From positions 26,846,001 to 26,910,000 of the forward strand of contig CATNEN010000038.1 of the NCBI GenBank assembly GCA_950097015.1: a stretch of DNA of 64,000 nucleotides. The letters are read 5' to 3'. Both the position numbers and the translations under genes were made by a program. Below the pieces are notes generated by a model, which was not told the DNA's origin, did not search any database, and worked only from the letters and a program-made list of their open reading frames with translations. Of this stretch, positions 61,076-64,000 are shown in pieces. Every line of letters starts with the position of its first letter. The stretch's first letter is position 1. The stretch is from Macrostomum hystrix. Taxonomy: Eukaryota > Animalia > Platyhelminthes.

Positions 61076-61544
61076 AAAATCGCAAATACAAAATTTTTCC
61101 CCAGAAGATTTCGTTGACCCTTGAAGTTCATAAGCGAGCAGATTTAACTTTCAAAACAGAACTTAAGCAGTCTACAATGTCCATGACGAAAAAACGTCTC
61201 CTGAGAACCGATTCTGATTAGGAGAACTCAGATATGACAAATATTTGCAAAGTCGGGAAGCACTAAAAAACTCTAGATTTCTCTTGCAGAGGCCGGATTC
61301 AACATTGTAAATGACGAAAATCTTGGTCAGAGTTAGGAATGCAGAAAAAACTGCGAATTTAAGGGCCGCCTTGCGCGGGAACATAATCTGTACGGGAGTC
61401 CACATCCTTCACAGCTGATCAATTTCTGGACTGTTTTTTCCTAGCTCCACAAAGGAGAACTGAAGAGACCCGCAACAATAGAGCTCCATGTGTTACGGTA
61501 TGCAAAAACCAAAGCAGGTTTCGACTACTGTTTTATTACAAACA

Positions 61545-64000
61545 TCAAAGGCAAGTTCCGACAAGTCTATCTGAGAAAAAATATGATCAAAAGTGCCTCC
61601 GATAATTAGTCTAACGGAGATAAGATAAGATCAAAGGCGAGTTCCGACAATTCTATCGAAGATAAGACAAGATCAAAGTCTCTTCCGACAAGTCTATCGG
61701 GGATAAGACAAGATCAAAGTCTGTTCCGACAAGTCTATCGGGGATAAGACAAGATCAAAGTCTGTTCCGACAATTCCATCGGGGATAAGACAAGATCAAA
61801 GTCTCTTCCGACAAGTCTATCGGGGATAAGACAAGATCAAAGTCTTTTCCGACAAGTCTATCGGGGATAAGACAAGATCAAAGTCTCTTCCGACAAGTCT
61901 ATCGGGGATAAGACAAGATCAAAGTCTCTTCCGACAAGTCTATCGGGGATAAGACAAGATCAAAGTCTGTTCCGACAATTCCATCGGGGATAAGACAAGA
62001 TCAAAGTCTTTTCCGACAAGTCTATCGGGGATAAGACAAGATCAAAGTCTCTTCCGACAAGTCTATCGGGGATAAGACAAGATCAAAGTCTCTTCCGACA
62101 AGTCTATCGGGGATAAGACAAGATCAAAGTCTCATCCGACAATTCCATCGGAAATAAGACAAGATCAAAGTCTCATCCGACAATTCCATCGGGGATAAGA
62201 CAAGATCAAAGTCTCATCCGACAATTCCATCGGAAATAAGACAAGATCAAAGTCTCATCCGACAATTCCATCGGAAATAAGACAAGATCAAAGTCTCATC
62301 CGACAATTCCATCGGGGATAAGACAAGATCAAAGTCTCATCCGACAATTCCATCGGGGATAAGACAAGATCAAAGTCTCATCCGACAATTCCATCGGAAA
62401 TAAGACAAGATCAAAGTCTCATCCGACAATTCCATCGGAAATAAGACAAGATCAAAGTCTCATCCGACAATTCCATCGGAAATAAGACAAGATCAAAGTC
62501 TCATCCGACAATTCCATCGGAAATAAGACAAGATCAAAGTCTCATCCGACAATTCCATCGGGGATAAGACAAGATCAAAGTCTCATCCGACAATTCCATC
62601 GGGGATAAGACAAGATCAAAGTCTCATCCGACAATTCCATCGGGGATAAGACAAGATCAAAGTCTCATCCGACAATTCCATCGGGGATAAGACAAGATCA
62701 AAGTCTCATCCGACAATTCCATCGGAAATAAGACAAGATCAAAGTCTCATCCGACAATTCCATCGGGGATAAGACAAGATCAAAGTCTCATCCGACAATT
62801 CCATCGGAAATAAGACAAGATCAAAGTCTCATCCGACAATTCCATCGGAAATAAGACAAGATCAAAGTCTCATCCGACAATTCCATCGGGGATAAGACAA
62901 GATCAAAGTCTCATCCGACAATTCCATCGGGGATAAGACAAGATCAAAGTCTCATCCGACAATTCCATCGGGGATAAGACAAGATCAAAGTCTCATCCGA
63001 CAATTCCATCGGGGATAAGACAAGATCAAAGTCTCATCCGACAATTCCATCGGGGATAAGACAAGATCAAAGTCTCATCCGACAATTCCATCGGAAATAA
63101 GACAAGATCAAAGTCTCATCCGACAATTCCATCGGAAATAAGACAAGATCAAAGTCTCATCCGACAATTCCATCGGGGATAAGACAAGATCAAAGTCTCA
63201 TCCGACAATTCCATCGGAAATAAGACAAGATCAAAGTCTCATCCGACAATTCCATCGGGGATAAGACAAGATCAAAGTCTCATCCGACAATTCCATCGGG
63301 GATAAGACAAGATCAAAGTCTCATCCGACAATTCCATCGGGGATAAGACAAGATCAAAGTCTCATCCGACAATTCCATCGGAAATAAGACAAGATCAAAG
63401 TCTCATCCGACAATTCCATCGGAAATAAGACAAGATCAAAGTCTCATCCGACAATTCCATCGGGGATAAGACAAGATCAAAGTCTCATCCGACAATTCCA
63501 TCGGAAATAAGACAAGATCAAAGTCTCATCCGACAATTCCATCGGGGATAAGACAAGATCAAAGTCTCATCCGACAATTCCATCGGGGATAAGACAAGAT
63601 CAAAGTCTCATCCGACAATTCCATCGGGGATAAGACAAGATCAAAGTCTCATCCGACAATTCCATCGGAAATAAGACAAGATCAAAGTCTCATCCGACAA
63701 TTCCATCGGGGATAAGACAAGATCAAAGTCTCATCCGACAATTCCATCGGAAATAAGACAAGATCAAAGTCTCATCCGACAATTCCATCGGAAATAAGAC
63801 AAGATCAAAGTCTCATCCGACAATTCCATCGGAAATAAGACAAGATCAAAGTCTCATCCGACAATTCCATCGGAAATAAGACAAGATCAAAGTCTCATCC
63901 GACAATTCCATCGGGGATAAGACAAGATCAAAGTCTCATCCGACAATTCCATCGGGGATAAGACAAGATCAAAGTCTCATCCGACAATTCCATCGGGGAT
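61545..64000. repeat. 41-bp minisatellite (gataagacaagatcaaagtctcatccgacaattccatcggg)
   Basis: Degenerate at the left, homogeneous at the right; runs off the window. Confidence 0.95.

Noticed and set aside
59420-61540. 5' exons of the MFS transporter
   Set aside because: No splice-bounded frame with hydrophobic MFS TM1-2 character was found; they are likely outside the window.

Overview
Eukaryotic (invertebrate animal) genomic DNA with GT-AG introns. The minisatellite-saturated introns recall Macrostomum-type flatworm genomes, but I cannot establish the species from this window. About half the window (~33 kb by my hand tally) is tandem arrays, more than 35 of them with 8-41 bp units, and these produce almost all the long ORFs in the track. 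Five protein genes were reconstructed by eye, all on the minus strand. (1) A PTPN3/PTPN4 (PTP-MEG)-like FERM protein, 6 exons at 4711..197, continuing off the left edge. (2) A single-exon PNRC1/2-like decapping cofactor at 9918..9370. (3) A complete 3-exon Shaw/Kv3-like K+ channel at 38488..12730 (645 aa) with a non-canonical S6 gate. (4) A 5-exon Shisa-like/CX-type single-pass protein at 45270..40843 (223 aa). (5) The 3' 8 exons of an MFSD4-like MFS transporter at 58870..54118. Non-coding highlights are three paralogous intronic H/ACA snoRNAs whose pocket fits the LSU rRNA site guided by SNORA16/snR46, a three-copy SINE-like family carrying an exact HDV-ribozyme P3/L3 core, a tRNA-derived SINE, a foldback MITE, and several visible cases of minisatellite birth and dispersal.
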